Of a DNA stretch of 64,000 nucleotides, positions 1-11,200 are shown piece after piece. The DNA is from an uncultured Gammaproteobacteria bacterium. GTDB lineage: Bacteria > Patescibacteriota > Microgenomatia > Woykebacterales > RBG-16-39-9b. The position numbers were made by a program, and so were the translations under genes. Below the pieces are notes generated by a model. The model saw nothing but the letters and a program-made list of their open reading frames with translations. It did no database searches and was not told where the DNA came from. The stretch is taken from NCBI GenBank assembly GCA_965231125.1, contig OZ246414.1, positions 209,739-273,738 of the forward strand, in the 5' to 3' direction. Every line of letters starts with the position of its first letter. The stretch's first letter is position 1.

Positions 1-1
1 A

Positions 2-895
2 GGTAGGGTAACGGTTGGAAACTTTAGCACGGTTACCTCGAAAAAATACCCAGCTGGTACTAGCATAACTGCGGTTGGCGGTGCGTCTCAAGGTTTAATC
101 TTTACTTTGGACACAGCTGTCACTGTTCCAAAAGCTACCTCTTCAGGTTTTAATATTGTGGCTGGGCAAGCCGGCGTTAATGTAACCGCCAGCAAAATTG
201 GAGATAAAGGCAATGTTTCGGCAGGGTCTGATTTTCAAGTAGATGACGAGTCAATTGGGACCGTTAAAGCAACTAACGACCTTGATTTTTCGGGAGGAGA
301 ATCCCACCAGATAACGGCTGTATCCGACGAGGACAGAAAAAATCTTAGGGCGAAACTTTTAGCCAAACTTACTCAGGAGGCTAAGAAAGATCTTCAGAAC
401 AAACTTGGAGGGGCAAGCGTGCCGAACGGTGGTCTATCCGTTCAGGTGACCACAGAAAAATACGATAAGGCGGCCGGTGAGCAAGCAAAGGAAGTTAATT
501 TGACGATGGAGGTAACCGCCAGCGCAAAACTTTTTAAGGAGGAAGACCTCAAGAAAGTGTTAATTGGGTCAATGACAGTTCCGGATGGCTACGTCATAGA
601 TGAATCTGCCTCGCAAGTAAGTTCTAAAATAATCGGTACGGCTGGACAAGACGGTGCGGTGCAAGTTTTAGGAAAAATTAAAGCCGTTTTGGTGCCGGAT
701 ATAAAGCCTGAAGAACTGGCTGGTTATTTGGCGGGTAAAAGCTTTGGGGCCGCTAATTCATATCTGACAACTCTAAAAAATATTTCTGGGTTTGATATAG
801 AAATTAGGCCGGCAATATTTAGGATATTTAAGATTCTGCCTTTTAACAAATCCAGAATTAAAATTGACATATCGGAGCAGGATAGTGCAGACTAA
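2..895 (+). CDS. hypothetical secreted/surface protein, 5'-truncated by the window edge
   Basis: The frame of ORF 107..895 stays open back to position 2, so the CDS enters from upstream. It has Gly/Thr/Ser/Val-rich strand-like segments and no recognisable catalytic motif. Confidence 0.45.
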   Translation, partial: GRVTVGNFSTVTSKKYPAGTSITAVGGASQGLIFTLDTAVTVPKATSSGFNIVAGQAGVNVTASKIGDKGNVSAGSDFQVDDESIGTVKATNDLDFSGGESHQITAVSDEDRKNLRAKLLAKLTQEAKKDLQNKLGGASVPNGGLSVQVTTEKYDKAAGEQAKEVNLTMEVTASAKLFKEEDLKKVLIGSMTVPDGYVIDESASQVSSKIIGTAGQDGAVQVLGKIKAVLVPDIKPEELAGYLAGKSFGAANSYLTTLKNISGFDIEIRPAIFRIFKILPFNKSRIKIDISEQDSAD

Positions 896-1892
896 CTGGG
901 TTAAAAAAGGGAGAGTAATTGGTCCTTTTGGCGTATTTTCCACATTGCTAATAACAAGCTTTTTACTAGTAATTGCCGGCGTCTCGGTAGCAGGGGCTTG
1001 GTACAAAATTTCGCTCAAACCAAAAGGTGGAAACGTAACAAAAATTTTCGTAATTGGCAAAGGAGAGACAGCCCGAGAAATCGTCGGGAGGTTAGAAGAG
1101 GAAGGGCTAATTAAGAGCGCTTTCGCTTTCAGAATATACCTCTCAAGCTCTGGGTTTGGTAGTAAAATCCAAACCGGAACCTTTCGCCTCTCCTCAAATC
1201 AAAGTGCGCTTGAGCTTGCCCAGGAGTTACAAGGAGGTGAGCTGGATAAATGGGTTACTTTAGTGGAAGGTTTAAGAGACACGGAAATGGCCGCGATTTT
1301 GGCCAAGGAGTTCGCTATTAGCGAGGAAAATTTCATAAGTGCAGCCAAAGAAGGCTACATGTTTCCCGACACTTACTTAGTACCTGTGGATACCTCAGCT
1401 GAAAAAATTGTTACTATTCTAAGGAAAAATTTTGATAAAAAGGTTGATACGAAAGTTAGAGATCAAGCTAAAAAGGAGGGTTTAACTTTAAACGAGCTGA
1501 TAACACTGGCCTCAATAGTTGAGAGGGAATCTAAGACTGGTTCCGAGCGGCCAATAATTGCGGGAATCCTGCTTAAGAGATTTAAAGAAGGAATTCCTTT
1601 AGGAGCAGATGCTACTGTCCAGTACGCTTTGGGCTATCAATCAAGTGAGAAAACTTGGTGGAAAAAAATCCTTACCGATGAAGATCTTCAAACTGATAGC
1701 CCTTACAACACTCGCAAGTTTGCAGGTTTACCACCAACGCCAATATGTAACCCTGGACTTGCTGCTATTAAAGCAGCCGCCGATCCAAAATTTACCAATT
1801 ACAATTTTTATCTTCATGACCCCCAAGGAAAGGTTCATTTCGCTGAAACTTTGGAAGAACATAATGCAAACATTGCTAAACATTTAAGATAA
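864..1892 (+). CDS. mltG: endolytic murein transglycosylase MltG/YceG family
   Basis: N-terminal TM helix followed by a YceG-like domain (GTFRL, PDTYL, PTPICNPG motifs). Overlaps the upstream ORF by 32 nt, so the start may lie further downstream. Confidence 0.8.
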   Translation: MTYRSRIVQTNWVKKGRVIGPFGVFSTLLITSFLLVIAGVSVAGAWYKISLKPKGGNVTKIFVIGKGETAREIVGRLEEEGLIKSAFAFRIYLSSSGFGSKIQTGTFRLSSNQSALELAQELQGGELDKWVTLVEGLRDTEMAAILAKEFAISEENFISAAKEGYMFPDTYLVPVDTSAEKIVTILRKNFDKKVDTKVRDQAKKEGLTLNELITLASIVERESKTGSERPIIAGILLKRFKEGIPLGADATVQYALGYQSSEKTWWKKILTDEDLQTDSPYNTRKFAGLPPTPICNPGLAAIKAAADPKFTNYNFYLHDPQGKVHFAETLEEHNANIAKHLR

Positions 1893-1993
1893 GCAAAGAC
1901 ACTTGTAAACTTTGTGGGTACCAACTGACTTCGGACAAAAATGGAACGCAAGGTAGGATAAAATTTGACAAATAAGTAAGGCGTGTTTTATGC

Positions 1994-2434
1994 TTGAAGA
2001 AACTGCTTGTGAACGATAATCAAATCAAAACCACAAACTGGACCGCCTTTTTTCTCATCGTTGCTTTCCTGATTTTAGTGCCCGCACTTATTAGTTTCCT
2101 CTACTTAAGCGGCAAGGGTACGGAAAATGTAAAGAAGGAAACAAAAGTTAGCAGGATAGCCGGTCAGGCTCGGGTTTCCATCACCAAAGCCGGTTTTACC
2201 CCTTCTACCATCCAGATAGAGAAGGGCGTCCAGGTCACCTGGACCAACAACGACAGCTCCCCCCATCGAGTAGCGTCTGATCCTTACCCAACTCACACCA
2301 GTTTACCAGCCCTAGATTCTGAGATTCTAGCCCCCAAGGAGTCTTTCAGCTTTATCTTTGAGAAAATGGGCACCTTTACTTATCACGATCACCTCAAGCC
2401 ATTAAAGATTCGGGGGACTGTAATTGTCAAATGA
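1994..2434 (+). CDS. cupredoxin-fold (plastocyanin-like) protein with a degenerate copper site, membrane-anchored
   Basis: TM helix followed by TWTNNDSSPHRV...GTFTYHDHL. It is a paralogue of the 43648..44082 cupredoxin, but the Cys and Met copper ligands are replaced (HCSIH..M becomes HDHL..I). TTG start. Confidence 0.6.
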   Translation: MKKLLVNDNQIKTTNWTAFFLIVAFLILVPALISFLYLSGKGTENVKKETKVSRIAGQARVSITKAGFTPSTIQIEKGVQVTWTNNDSSPHRVASDPYPTHTSLPALDSEILAPKESFSFIFEKMGTFTYHDHLKPLKIRGTVIVK

Positions 2435-4521
2435 TGAATTTTGTTAGAGAACCGATTAATTTAAGAGATTACCGTCACCTAACTTCAATAGTCGTCGTGG
2501 CGTTTATTTTTGTTTCAGTCGTTGTTACAGTAAGTGGAGGTTTGAAACTTGAGGAGACAACTCGTAAACCAAAAGCAGCTAATCCATTAGAAACCATGAC
2601 CACCCCAGAAGGTACCGTTATAAACATTTATACAACCGGCGTGACGGCTGCGCAAATGTACAAATATTTGAAGGATAATGGCCTGGATTATGCAAGAGTT
2701 GGATCAGAAATGCGGGTAGACGTGGTTCCAACAGGTTTCACCACCGCGAGTGTTGGTTGCGGGTCTAGCGGCTCGACTTACGTTGCTAACCCCCCTGCAT
2801 TGCAGTTTAACATAAACGATATACTTTCTCACCCCAATTATTCTGTCGCCTACGAGTATTCTCACGCTTGGTTTACTTATTTTGCCTGTACTGCCTGGAA
2901 AGGTTCCTGGGACGAGTATCTTAAAGCCCGCAACCTCCTCGGTGATCCTCGACTTAATACGGATCTGTGTTGGACAGTTAATGACGGTCTGAGCGGCAGT
3001 GATTATGTAAAACTTTTTGCTCTGCCAGATCCTGGAGTTATTGTTGCCAAATGCCCCCCGGATATTCCGCTTGCCTCAGATGTGCCGGGTCTTAAAACTT
3101 TCTTAACCACAACCTGGAAGACCGGTTATAGTGGGACGGATACAGTTGCACCAACGGTCTCTATCAGACAACCGTCTAATAATGGTAATGTTTCTGGAAC
3201 TTCAGTCCAGATTTCTGCCAGTGCGGCGGATAATAATGGGGTTGCCTATGTTGAGTTTTATATCGATGGTGCTCTGAAACGGTTGGATGCTTACGGTTTC
3301 AATTTTGATTATACTTGGGACTCGACAAAAGTCGCTGACGGAGCACATGCAATCACTACCAAGGCCTATGACGCCGCTGGAAATACTGCATCGGCATCTA
3401 TTAATGTAAATGTTAATGGTTCAGGTGGGGATACCCAGGCACCCACTGTAACCATTACTTCTCCAGCGAACGGTGCTTCAGTTTCTGGGAATGTGAATGT
3501 AAATGCCAACGCTACGGATAATGTTGGGGTGACCAAAGTCGAGTTCTCTGTAGACGGGCTCTTGAGGGCTACTGATACAACCTCACCATACGGATTTACT
3601 TGGGATTCGACTACGGTTACAAATGGTACTCGCAATCTTTCTGCTAAAGCATTTGATGCGGCAGGTAATGTTGCTTCCGACACGATTTCTGTCACTGTGG
3701 CAAATGGTGACACCCAACCCCCATCAACACCCTCGGGTCTGACAGCTAGTGCAGCTAGTGCTACCTCAGTTAATCTCTCCTGGACCGCCAGTACAGATAA
3801 TGTTGGAGTCACTGGCTACTGGATTGTCAGGAATGGGGTCACGATTGCTTCTTCACTCACCAACAGTTACACTGATAATTCTGTTTCACCCGCAACCACC
3901 TACAACTACCAAGTAATCGCCTTTGATGCGGCTGGTAATACCTCTAGTACTTCTAACACCGCCACAGTGACTACCCCGGCTGCTCCGGATACTACACCAC
4001 CCTCCGCACCAACTAATCTAGTGGCCACGCCTGGTTCTTCTTCTCAGATTAACTTAAGCTGGACTGCCAGTACAGATAATGTAGGTGTGACTGGCTATGA
4101 TATTTACAGAAACAGTACTAAGATTGCCAAGGTGACTACAACAAGTTTTGGGGACACAGGACTGGCCGCCTCCACCACTTACAGTTACTTTGTCAAAGCA
4201 ATGGATGCGGTTGGTAATACCTCCAGCCCATCTAATACAGCTACTGCTACTACACTTAATCCTTCAATAAAAGGCAACATCACTGGAACCGTATTTAGCT
4301 CTGCTGGTGGGGTTGTAGCTGGGGCGAAACTTACTATATTTGTTTCTGGAAGCAAGAGAACATATTACACTTCTTCCTTTGGGATTTATTTTATCGACAG
4401 CATTCCCGTAGGTACTTACGATCTTCGGGTGTCAGCCCAGAGGTTTGCGCAGCAACAAGTGCAAGTTAGTGTGATAGCTAATACTACGACTACAAAAGAC
4501 ATCACTTTACAGAAAAGATAA
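2431..4521 (+). CDS. large cell-surface protein: TM anchor, novel N-terminal domain, 2 Ig-like plus 2 FN3 repeats, and a C-terminal carboxypeptidase-regulatory-like beta-sandwich
   Basis: ATGA overlap with the upstream gene. Ig-like repeats contain VEFxVDG...YGFxWDST...AxDAAGN. FN3 repeats contain LSWTASTDNVGVTGY. The C-terminal segment GTVxx..G..V.GA.L reads like CarboxypepD_reg. Confidence 0.8.
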   Translation: MMNFVREPINLRDYRHLTSIVVVAFIFVSVVVTVSGGLKLEETTRKPKAANPLETMTTPEGTVINIYTTGVTAAQMYKYLKDNGLDYARVGSEMRVDVVPTGFTTASVGCGSSGSTYVANPPALQFNINDILSHPNYSVAYEYSHAWFTYFACTAWKGSWDEYLKARNLLGDPRLNTDLCWTVNDGLSGSDYVKLFALPDPGVIVAKCPPDIPLASDVPGLKTFLTTTWKTGYSGTDTVAPTVSIRQPSNNGNVSGTSVQISASAADNNGVAYVEFYIDGALKRLDAYGFNFDYTWDSTKVADGAHAITTKAYDAAGNTASASINVNVNGSGGDTQAPTVTITSPANGASVSGNVNVNANATDNVGVTKVEFSVDGLLRATDTTSPYGFTWDSTTVTNGTRNLSAKAFDAAGNVASDTISVTVANGDTQPPSTPSGLTASAASATSVNLSWTASTDNVGVTGYWIVRNGVTIASSLTNSYTDNSVSPATTYNYQVIAFDAAGNTSSTSNTATVTTPAAPDTTPPSAPTNLVATPGSSSQINLSWTASTDNVGVTGYDIYRNSTKIAKVTTTSFGDTGLAASTTYSYFVKAMDAVGNTSSPSNTATATTLNPSIKGNITGTVFSSAGGVVAGAKLTIFVSGSKRTYYTSSFGIYFIDSIPVGTYDLRVSAQRFAQQQVQVSVIANTTTTKDITLQKR
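3142..3708 (+). repeat. intragenic tandem duplication encoding 2 Ig-like domains (about 96 aa each)
   Basis: Two consecutive units, 3142..3429 and 3430..3708, with a conserved protein pattern. Confidence 0.7.
3709..4254 (+). repeat. intragenic tandem duplication encoding 2 FN3-like domains (about 93 aa each)
   Basis: Units 3709..3987 and 3988..4254 share DTxPPSxPxxL...LSWTASTDNVGVTGY...AxDAxGNTSS. Confidence 0.7.
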
Positions 4522-4649
4522 AAGTCCCCTCTAAAAATAATTTTGGCTGGCCCAGTATATTGACTAACTTTTTAAGTGAAGAACTAGCTTAAAAACTGCA
4601 GCTTCTGCGCTAAAACAAAACATGCTGGGATACATGCTTGGGTTGGGTC

Positions 4650-4678
4650 TTGACAAGTCGACCTTTCGATGTTATTAT
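4650..4678 (+). promoter_or_regulatory. sigma70-like promoter for rpoBC (TTGACA-17-TATTAT)
   Basis: -35 TTGACA at 4650..4655, 17-nt spacer, -10 TATTAT at 4673..4678, about 225 nt upstream of the rpoB ATG. Confidence 0.5.
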
Positions 4679-4696
4679 AAGCGTAATTGAATATGG

Positions 4697-4739
4697 AAAT
4701 GACGTACGAATGTACGAGGTACGTCATTATTTTTTGCGT
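4697..4739 (+). terminator. intrinsic-terminator-like hairpin (attenuator) in the rpoB leader
   Basis: Perfect 10-bp arms AATGACGTAC / GTACGTCATT with an 11-nt loop, followed by ATTTTTTGCGTTTT. Confidence 0.5.
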
Positions 4740-4797
4740 TTTACTCGTTTTAATCTTCTCCGATAAGGATCGGGGAAATGACGTCCTCTCCAACTTC

Positions 4798-4820
4798 ACG
4801 TCGGAGCTGCCGACGTTTTA
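4798..4820 (+). terminator. second hairpin plus T-run in the rpoB leader
   Basis: ACGTCGG-agctg-CCGACGT followed by TTTTA. Confidence 0.35.
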
Positions 4821-4908
4821 TCGCCCCTAGGGTCGGGGAAAATAATTAGAGGTACTTCTTCGTAGATCCAGAAGAGTACCATAGAATTTATCTTAATTTA
4901 ATATTTTG

Positions 4909-7900
4909 ATGGCAAATTCTCTCTCAAGGAAAGTATTTGGGACAGCAGGGCACCAATATCCAATACCCAATTTAATAGAGACTCAAAAGACTTCCTATTC
5001 TTGGCTTCTTGGCGAAGGCATCAAGGAGTTACTTTCTGACATCTCCCCGATAGAAGATTTTACTGGAAAAACTTTTTCCCTAAGCTTTTTGGAGCATTCT
5101 TTAGGCGAGCCAAAATATACACCCGAAAAAGCGGTTGAAAAAGGGGTCACGTACTTCGCACCTCTTAAGGTGAAAGCAAGACTATTAAATAAAGAAACCG
5201 GCGAAACCATGGAACAAGAGGTTTTCATGGGCGACCTTCCTCTAATGACCGATTCGGGAACTTTCATAATTAACGGTGTTGAAAGGGTGGTGGTCACCCA
5301 ACTTACCCGGAGCCCGGGAATTTTTTACACTTCTGATATAGATCCGGCTACAGGCAGAGCTTTATACAGGGCGGAACTGAGACCAACTCGTGGTAGTTGG
5401 TTGGAATTTGAGACAGCTAAAAATAACGTTATCACTGTAAGAATTGATCGCAAGAGGAGATTGCCTGTGACTGTTTTGCTCAGAGCTGTGGGATACGGCA
5501 GTGATGATAAAATTAGAGAGCAGTTTGCAGAAATTGAAGAAGTCTCTGAGCACAAGTACATCGCCGCAACTCTCCAAAAAGACTCTACCAAAACATCCGA
5601 TGAAGCTTTCTTGGAAATCTATCACAAAATGCGCCCCGGTGACCCAGCGATACTTGATAATGCCAAACTTCTTCTGGAGACTCTTTTCTTCAACCCAAAA
5701 CGTTATTCTTTAGGAAAAGTCGGTCGCTACAAGCTAAATAAGCGCCTTTCTTTAGAAATTCCTAACAATCCCGAAAATTGGATTCTCAGACCAGAAGATA
5801 TAGTTGCCGGCACTAAATTACTTATTAAGCTTAACAATGGTGAAGGGGATCCGGACGACATTGATCATTTAGGTAATAGACGTCTAAGAGCAGTTGGGGA
5901 ATTAATTCAAAATACCCTGCGAGTGGGCTTTTTACAAATGGAAAGAGTCTCTAAAGAGAGAATGAGCATTTCCGCAGATCAAATGGCCGTGACACCAACT
6001 AGTTTAATTAACGCTCGACCGGTAGTTGCTCGCCTAAACGAATTTTTTGCGGGTAGCCAACTGTCGCAGTTTATGGATCAGATCAACTCACTTTCAGAAC
6101 TAGAACATCTGCGCCGACTTTCAGTTATGGGTCCGGGTGGGCTAACTCGCGAGCGAGCCAGTTTTTCAGTTCACGACGTTAACAACTCGCAATACGGCCG
6201 GATCGATCCAATAAAAAGTCCCGAAGGGCCAAACATCGGTTTAATTACCCATCTTGCTTTGATGGGACGCGTTAACGAGTACGGGTTTCTAGAAACCCCT
6301 TACCGAAAAGTTGTCAAAGATAAAAATGCTAAACCCAAGGTCACCGATGAAATAGTTTGGCTTATGGCAGATGATGAAGAGGGTTATTACATTACGGATT
6401 CAAATGCACGAACAGATAGCCAGGGCTATATTTTGGACAAGAGGGTAGCGGTGCGCCACAAAGCCTCTTTCACCACCGGGGCGGCAGACCAGGTAGATTT
6501 TGTTGATGTAGTGCCTTGGCAAATCGTTGGTGCATCGTCTTCCCTTATCCCCTTTTTAGCACACGATGATGCTAACCGGGCTCTTATGGGGGCTAACATG
6601 CAAGGGCAAGCGGTTCCTTTGGTCCGGCCAGAATCCCCAATTGTCGGTACCGGTATGGAGAGGGTTGTGGCTGAAAATATGGGTAGGGTTGCCAAGTCTC
6701 CGGTGGATGGGGAGGTTAGCGTTGTTGAAGGCAGTGAAATTATCATTAAAGGTAAGGACAAGAAAGAATACCGCCTGCCACTTAAGAAATTTACCAAATC
6801 AAATCAAAATACAGCTTACAGCCAAAGGCCAATCGTTTCCCGCGGCGAAAAAGTAAGGCAAGATCAAATAGTTGCGGATGGGCCGGTAACTGATTCTGGG
6901 GAACTATCTCTGGGCAAGAATTTGCTTATCGCTTATATGTCTTGGGAAGGTTATGGCTACGAAGACGCTATTATAATTTCCGATAGATTGGTGAAAGAGG
7001 ATGTTCTTACCTCTATTCATATCGAAGAATACGAATGCTCAGTTACGGAAACAAAATTGGGTCCCGAAGAAACTACGCGCGATATTCCCAACGTTGGCGA
7101 AGAGGCTTTGGCCAATTTAGATGAGCAAGGGATAGTTTACATCGGGGCCGAAGTTGGTCCGAACGATATACTTGTTGGAAAAATTACGCCAAAAGGTGAG
7201 ACAGAATTAACCGCCGAAGAAAGGCTCTTGCGAGCAATATTTGGTGAAAAAGCCAGGGAAGTTCGAGACACTTCTTTGCGTATGCCTCACGGTGAGCGCG
7301 GAACAGTTATTGCTATCCAAATTTTATCTAAAGAAGCCGGCGATGAACTTGAGCCAGGTGTCCAACGGCTCATTAAAGTTAAAGTTGCACAGACAAGAAA
7401 AGTAACTATCGGTGATAAACTTGCCGGTCGCCACGGAAACAAAGGAGTTATTTCTAAAGTTGTTCCCGCTGCCGACATGCCCTACCTTGAAGACGGAACA
7501 CCAATAGATATTATCCTTTCCCCACTTTCGGTTATTTCGAGAATGAATTTGGGTCAACTTTTAGAAACCCATCTTGGTTGGGCCGCTCAAAAACTTGGTC
7601 ACAAAGTGGCCGTACCGGCTTTTGGCGGATTCAAGGAAGAGCAGCTAGTCGAAGAACTTAAAAAGGCGTCTCTTCCAGAATCTGGAAAAGTCACTCTTTA
7701 CGATGGTAAAACTGGGGAAGCCTACGATAATCCAGTGGTTGTTGGCATTGGTTACATAATGAAGCTTGTCCATATGGTCGATGAAAAAGTTCATGCCAGA
7801 AGTACTGGTCCGTACTCTTTGGTTACTCAACAGCCGCTTGGTGGTAAAGCCCAAATGGGAGGCCAACGGCTCGGGGAAATGGAAGTTTGGGCTCTTGAAG

Positions 7901-8268
7901 CCTATGGTGCAGCCCACACTCTCCAGGAAATGCTGACAATCAAATCTGATGATGTTGTGGGGAGAGCTAAAGCTTTTGAGGCGATTGTTAAGGGAACGGA
8001 AATTCCTGAGTCTACGGTTCCGGAATCATTTAAAGTTTTAGTTAAAGAGCTTAATGGCTTGGGTTTGAAGGTCGAGCTTTTGGGAGCTCAAGTTGAGCAG
8101 GAACACGTGGAGACAGAAAAGGAATTGCAGGAAGAGGAAAAAGTTGAAAAAGAAGCTAAGGAACTTGCGGAGGCCTCGGGAGAAGAAGAAATAGTTACTA
8201 GCCAAGAGCTAGCCGCAGATAAGAGTCTGTCTGTTGAAGAGAGTGTTTCCGAAAAGGGGGCTTCTTAA
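4909..8268 (+). CDS. rpoB: DNA-directed RNA polymerase subunit beta
   Basis: Full-length RpoB homology throughout ([25 protein letters not shown]-like block). ATG at 4909 is preferred over TTG at 4906. Acidic 60-aa C-terminal tail. Confidence 0.97.
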   Translation: MANSLSRKVFGTAGHQYPIPNLIETQKTSYSWLLGEGIKELLSDISPIEDFTGKTFSLSFLEHSLGEPKYTPEKAVEKGVTYFAPLKVKARLLNKETGETMEQEVFMGDLPLMTDSGTFIINGVERVVVTQLTRSPGIFYTSDIDPATGRALYRAELRPTRGSWLEFETAKNNVITVRIDRKRRLPVTVLLRAVGYGSDDKIREQFAEIEEVSEHKYIAATLQKDSTKTSDEAFLEIYHKMRPGDPAILDNAKLLLETLFFNPKRYSLGKVGRYKLNKRLSLEIPNNPENWILRPEDIVAGTKLLIKLNNGEGDPDDIDHLGNRRLRAVGELIQNTLRVGFLQMERVSKERMSISADQMAVTPTSLINARPVVARLNEFFAGSQLSQFMDQINSLSELEHLRRLSVMGPGGLTRERASFSVHDVNNSQYGRIDPIKSPEGPNIGLITHLALMGRVNEYGFLETPYRKVVKDKNAKPKVTDEIVWLMADDEEGYYITDSNARTDSQGYILDKRVAVRHKASFTTGAADQVDFVDVVPWQIVGASSSLIPFLAHDDANRALMGANMQGQAVPLVRPESPIVGTGMERVVAENMGRVAKSPVDGEVSVVEGSEIIIKGKDKKEYRLPLKKFTKSNQNTAYSQRPIVSRGEKVRQDQIVADGPVTDSGELSLGKNLLIAYMSWEGYGYEDAIIISDRLVKEDVLTSIHIEEYECSVTETKLGPEETTRDIPNVGEEALANLDEQGIVYIGAEVGPNDILVGKITPKGETELTAEERLLRAIFGEKAREVRDTSLRMPHGERGTVIAIQILSKEAGDELEPGVQRLIKVKVAQTRKVTIGDKLAGRHGNKGVISKVVPAADMPYLEDGTPIDIILSPLSVISRMNLGQLLETHLGWAAQKLGHKVAVPAFGGFKEEQLVEELKKASLPESGKVTLYDGKTGEAYDNPVVVGIGYIMKLVHMVDEKVHARSTGPYSLVTQQPLGGKAQMGGQRLGEMEVWALEAYGAAHTLQEMLTIKSDDVVGRAKAFEAIVKGTEIPESTVPESFKVLVKELNGLGLKVELLGAQVEQEHVETEKELQEEEKVEKEAKELAEASGEEEIVTSQELAADKSLSVEESVSEKGAS

Positions 8269-8269
8269 T

Positions 8270-11200
8270 ATGAATGAAATTAAAGATTTTGAAGCATTAA
8301 GAATAATTTTGGGTTCGGCTGAGGATATACTAAGTTGGTCTCACGGAGAAGTTACCAAGCCCGAGACCATAAACTACCGAACTTTCAGACCAGAGAAAGA
8401 CGGTCTTTTCGATGAAAAGATTTTTGGACCCACTAAAGATTGGGAATGTTATTGCGGAAAATACAAGAGAATTCGTTACCGCGGAGTTATCTGTGACAAG
8501 TGTGGGGTTGAAGTTACTCAATCGAAGGTTAGGAGAGAACGAATGGGTCATATTAGTCTAGCCGCACCAGTCGCCCATGTTTGGTTTTTCAAAGGTTCTC
8601 CTTCTAAACTGTCTCAACTTCTAGATCTTACCCCGCGGAGTTTAGAAGCGATAATTTACTTTGCACAGTACATAGTTGTCGAAGTTAACGAGGATAAAAG
8701 AAAGGAGGCCTTGGAAAAGGTTGAGGAAAGAATAAAAAAGACAAAAGAGGAGATAAAAGATCAGTTTGCGAAACAAGCTAAGGAAGTGGAAAAGGAAGCG
8801 GAAGCCGAGATAAAAAAATTAGATATAAAAAACAAAGAACAAAAGGAATTAATAATTGAGGAGCTTAATCTAAAAACAAAGGCGCGCCTTGCTTCCTTGA
8901 GGGATGAGGAGGCTAACGAACTGGCAAAAGCTGATGATGAAAGCAAAGTAACTTTAGAAAAAATAAAATCCATTGTACCGGTATCCCTTCTTTCAGAAGA
9001 AGAATATCTAAAATTAACGGATTTTGGAGCCAGCAGTTTCTTAAAAGTAGGCATGGGTGCGGAAGCTCTGGTTCAAATTCTAAAGTCAATTGATTTGGCT
9101 AAATTAGCCCAGCGGCTTCGAGAAGAAGTCCAAAATTACACTGGACAAAGGCAGATAAAAGCAACGAAAACTCTGCGAATTGTTGAGGGTTTAAGGACTG
9201 CCAGTATTGGCTTGGATAGAATGATTCTCAAGTATCTGCCGGTTATTCCCCCAGACCTTCGTCCAATGGTCCAACTTTCCGGTGGACGTTTTGCAACTAG
9301 TGATCTGAATGATTTGTACCGCCGGGTTATAAATAGGAACAATCGTCTGAAGCGTTTAATGGATTTGGGTGCACCAGAAATAATTTTAAGAAACGAAAAA
9401 AGAATGCTTCAAGAGGCTGTGGATGCCTTAATAGATTCTACTCAAAGACCTGTTGGTAGAGCTGCGCCGGCACAGCTGCGTTCCCTCTCCGACATGTTGA
9501 AAGGAAAGCAAGGAAGATTTCGCCAAAACCTTTTAGGTAAAAGAGTCGACTACTCTGGGAGAAGTGTAATTATAATTGCCCCAGATATTAAATTAAATGA
9601 GTGTAGGGTGCCAAAGGAAATGGCACTAGAGCTTTTTAAGCCTTATGTTCTTCGTGAATTAATCTTTCAGGGTTACGCACCCAATGTAAAAAGCGCTAAA
9701 AATGTTTTCGAGAGAAGAGGCGAAGAAGTTTGGGATATACTTGAGGCCATCACTAAAAACCACCCAGTGTTGTTAAACCGGGCCCCAACATTGCATCGGT
9801 TGGGAATTCAAGCTTTTTACCCAATACTTACCGAAGGAAACGCTATCGGTGTTCACCCATCGGTTTGTGCCGGTTACGGAGCAGATTTTGATGGTGATCA
9901 AATGGCAATTCACATTCCTCTATCGAAAGCGGCAATTGGCGAATCCGAAGAATTGATGATGTCAACAAATAATCTTCTGCGGCCGGCTGACGGTGAGCCC
10001 ATAATGACTCCACGGCACGACGTTTTTCTTGGTGTTTATTACCTTACGCACATGCAGGAAGGCGAGCCAAAGGGTTTTTTTGCCGAGGACGAGGCGGTAA
10101 CGGCCTATCAAGCAAATAAAATCTCACTCACCACCCCAATTAAAGTCTGGTACAAAGGTGAGCTGTTGGACACCACCGTGGGTAGAATTCTTTTTAACAA
10201 TATTCTTCCAGGAGAGTTGCAATTTATTAACAATCGGGTAAAAGGGTCCGATCTAAAAAATATTCTAACTTCCTGCCAAAACCTTTTTGGGACAGATCGT
10301 ACCGTTGCCTTAATTGACGATATAAAAGACTTGGGTTTCTATTTCGCTACAATCTCGGGGATATCCATGGCCATAGCCGACTGTGAAATACTTCCAGAAA
10401 AGAAAGGTTTAGTTAGCCAAGCGGATAGGAAAGTTGAAGACATAGAAGGCAACTACCGAAAGGGATTAATTACTCAAACTGAGAAAACCCGTCTTACCGA
10501 AGAAGTTTGGGCGGATGTAACGGCCCAAGTTGATGAAAAAACATGGAAGGCGCTGAGAAAAGATAATCCCTTGCGAATTTTGCAAGAATCTGGTGCCCGT
10601 GGTTCTCGCGACCAGATAAAACAGCTAGCCGGTATGCGTGGTCTAGTAGCGGACCCACTTGGTAGAATTGTGGAACTCCCATCGAAAAGTAATTTTAGGG
10701 AAGGATTAGATGTTTACGAATACTTTACTTCAACCCGAGGGGCCCGAAAAGGTTTGGTAGACAAGGCTCTTAAGACGGCTGATGCTGGTTACTTGACTCG
10801 TAGATTAGTAGACGTTACGCACGATGTGCTTGTCCGCGAGGATGATTGTAAAACCAAAGAGGGAATTAATGTATCTGAAAGTGAGGAACGAACCACCGTA
10901 CTCGCAAATAGAATATTTGGTCGCACCCTTGCAAGGGATTTAATTGATGATAGAGGAAAAATTATCCTTAAAAAAGGTGAACAGATTATTGATAATAATT
11001 TCGAAAAAGCTAAAGCCGCTAAAATTTCAACTGTTTTTATCCGGTCTACCCTTACTTGTGAAACCAAGTACGGCGTTTGTATAGCTTGTTACGGGATCGA
11101 TCTTTCTACCAAGAAACCAGTTAAAATCGGTACACCCGTTGGTGTTATCGCGGCTCAATCTATCGGAGAACCAGGGACCCAGCTTACAATGCGTACTTTC

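Noticed and set aside
3366-3812. Antisense ORFs listed inside well-supported genes (for example 3366..3812, 4995..5297, 6426..6797, 8761..9054, 11317..11847, 14940..15335, 18326..18850, 36993..37523, 37908..38351, 42784..43044, 50642..51184, 62071..62502)
   Set aside because: They lie opposite strongly conserved CDSs, have low-complexity or biased composition driven by the sense-strand codons, and lack RBSs.
4584-4799. Minus-strand 71-aa ORF in the rpoB leader
   Set aside because: It overlaps the terminator hairpins and promoter, has no RBS, and has a Cys/Ser-rich improbable composition.
8234-8269. Track start 8234 for rpoC ([15 protein letters not shown]...)
   Set aside because: It would overlap rpoB by 35 nt. 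ATG 8270 follows the rpoB stop with a G-rich RBS, and the conserved beta' N-terminus begins there.
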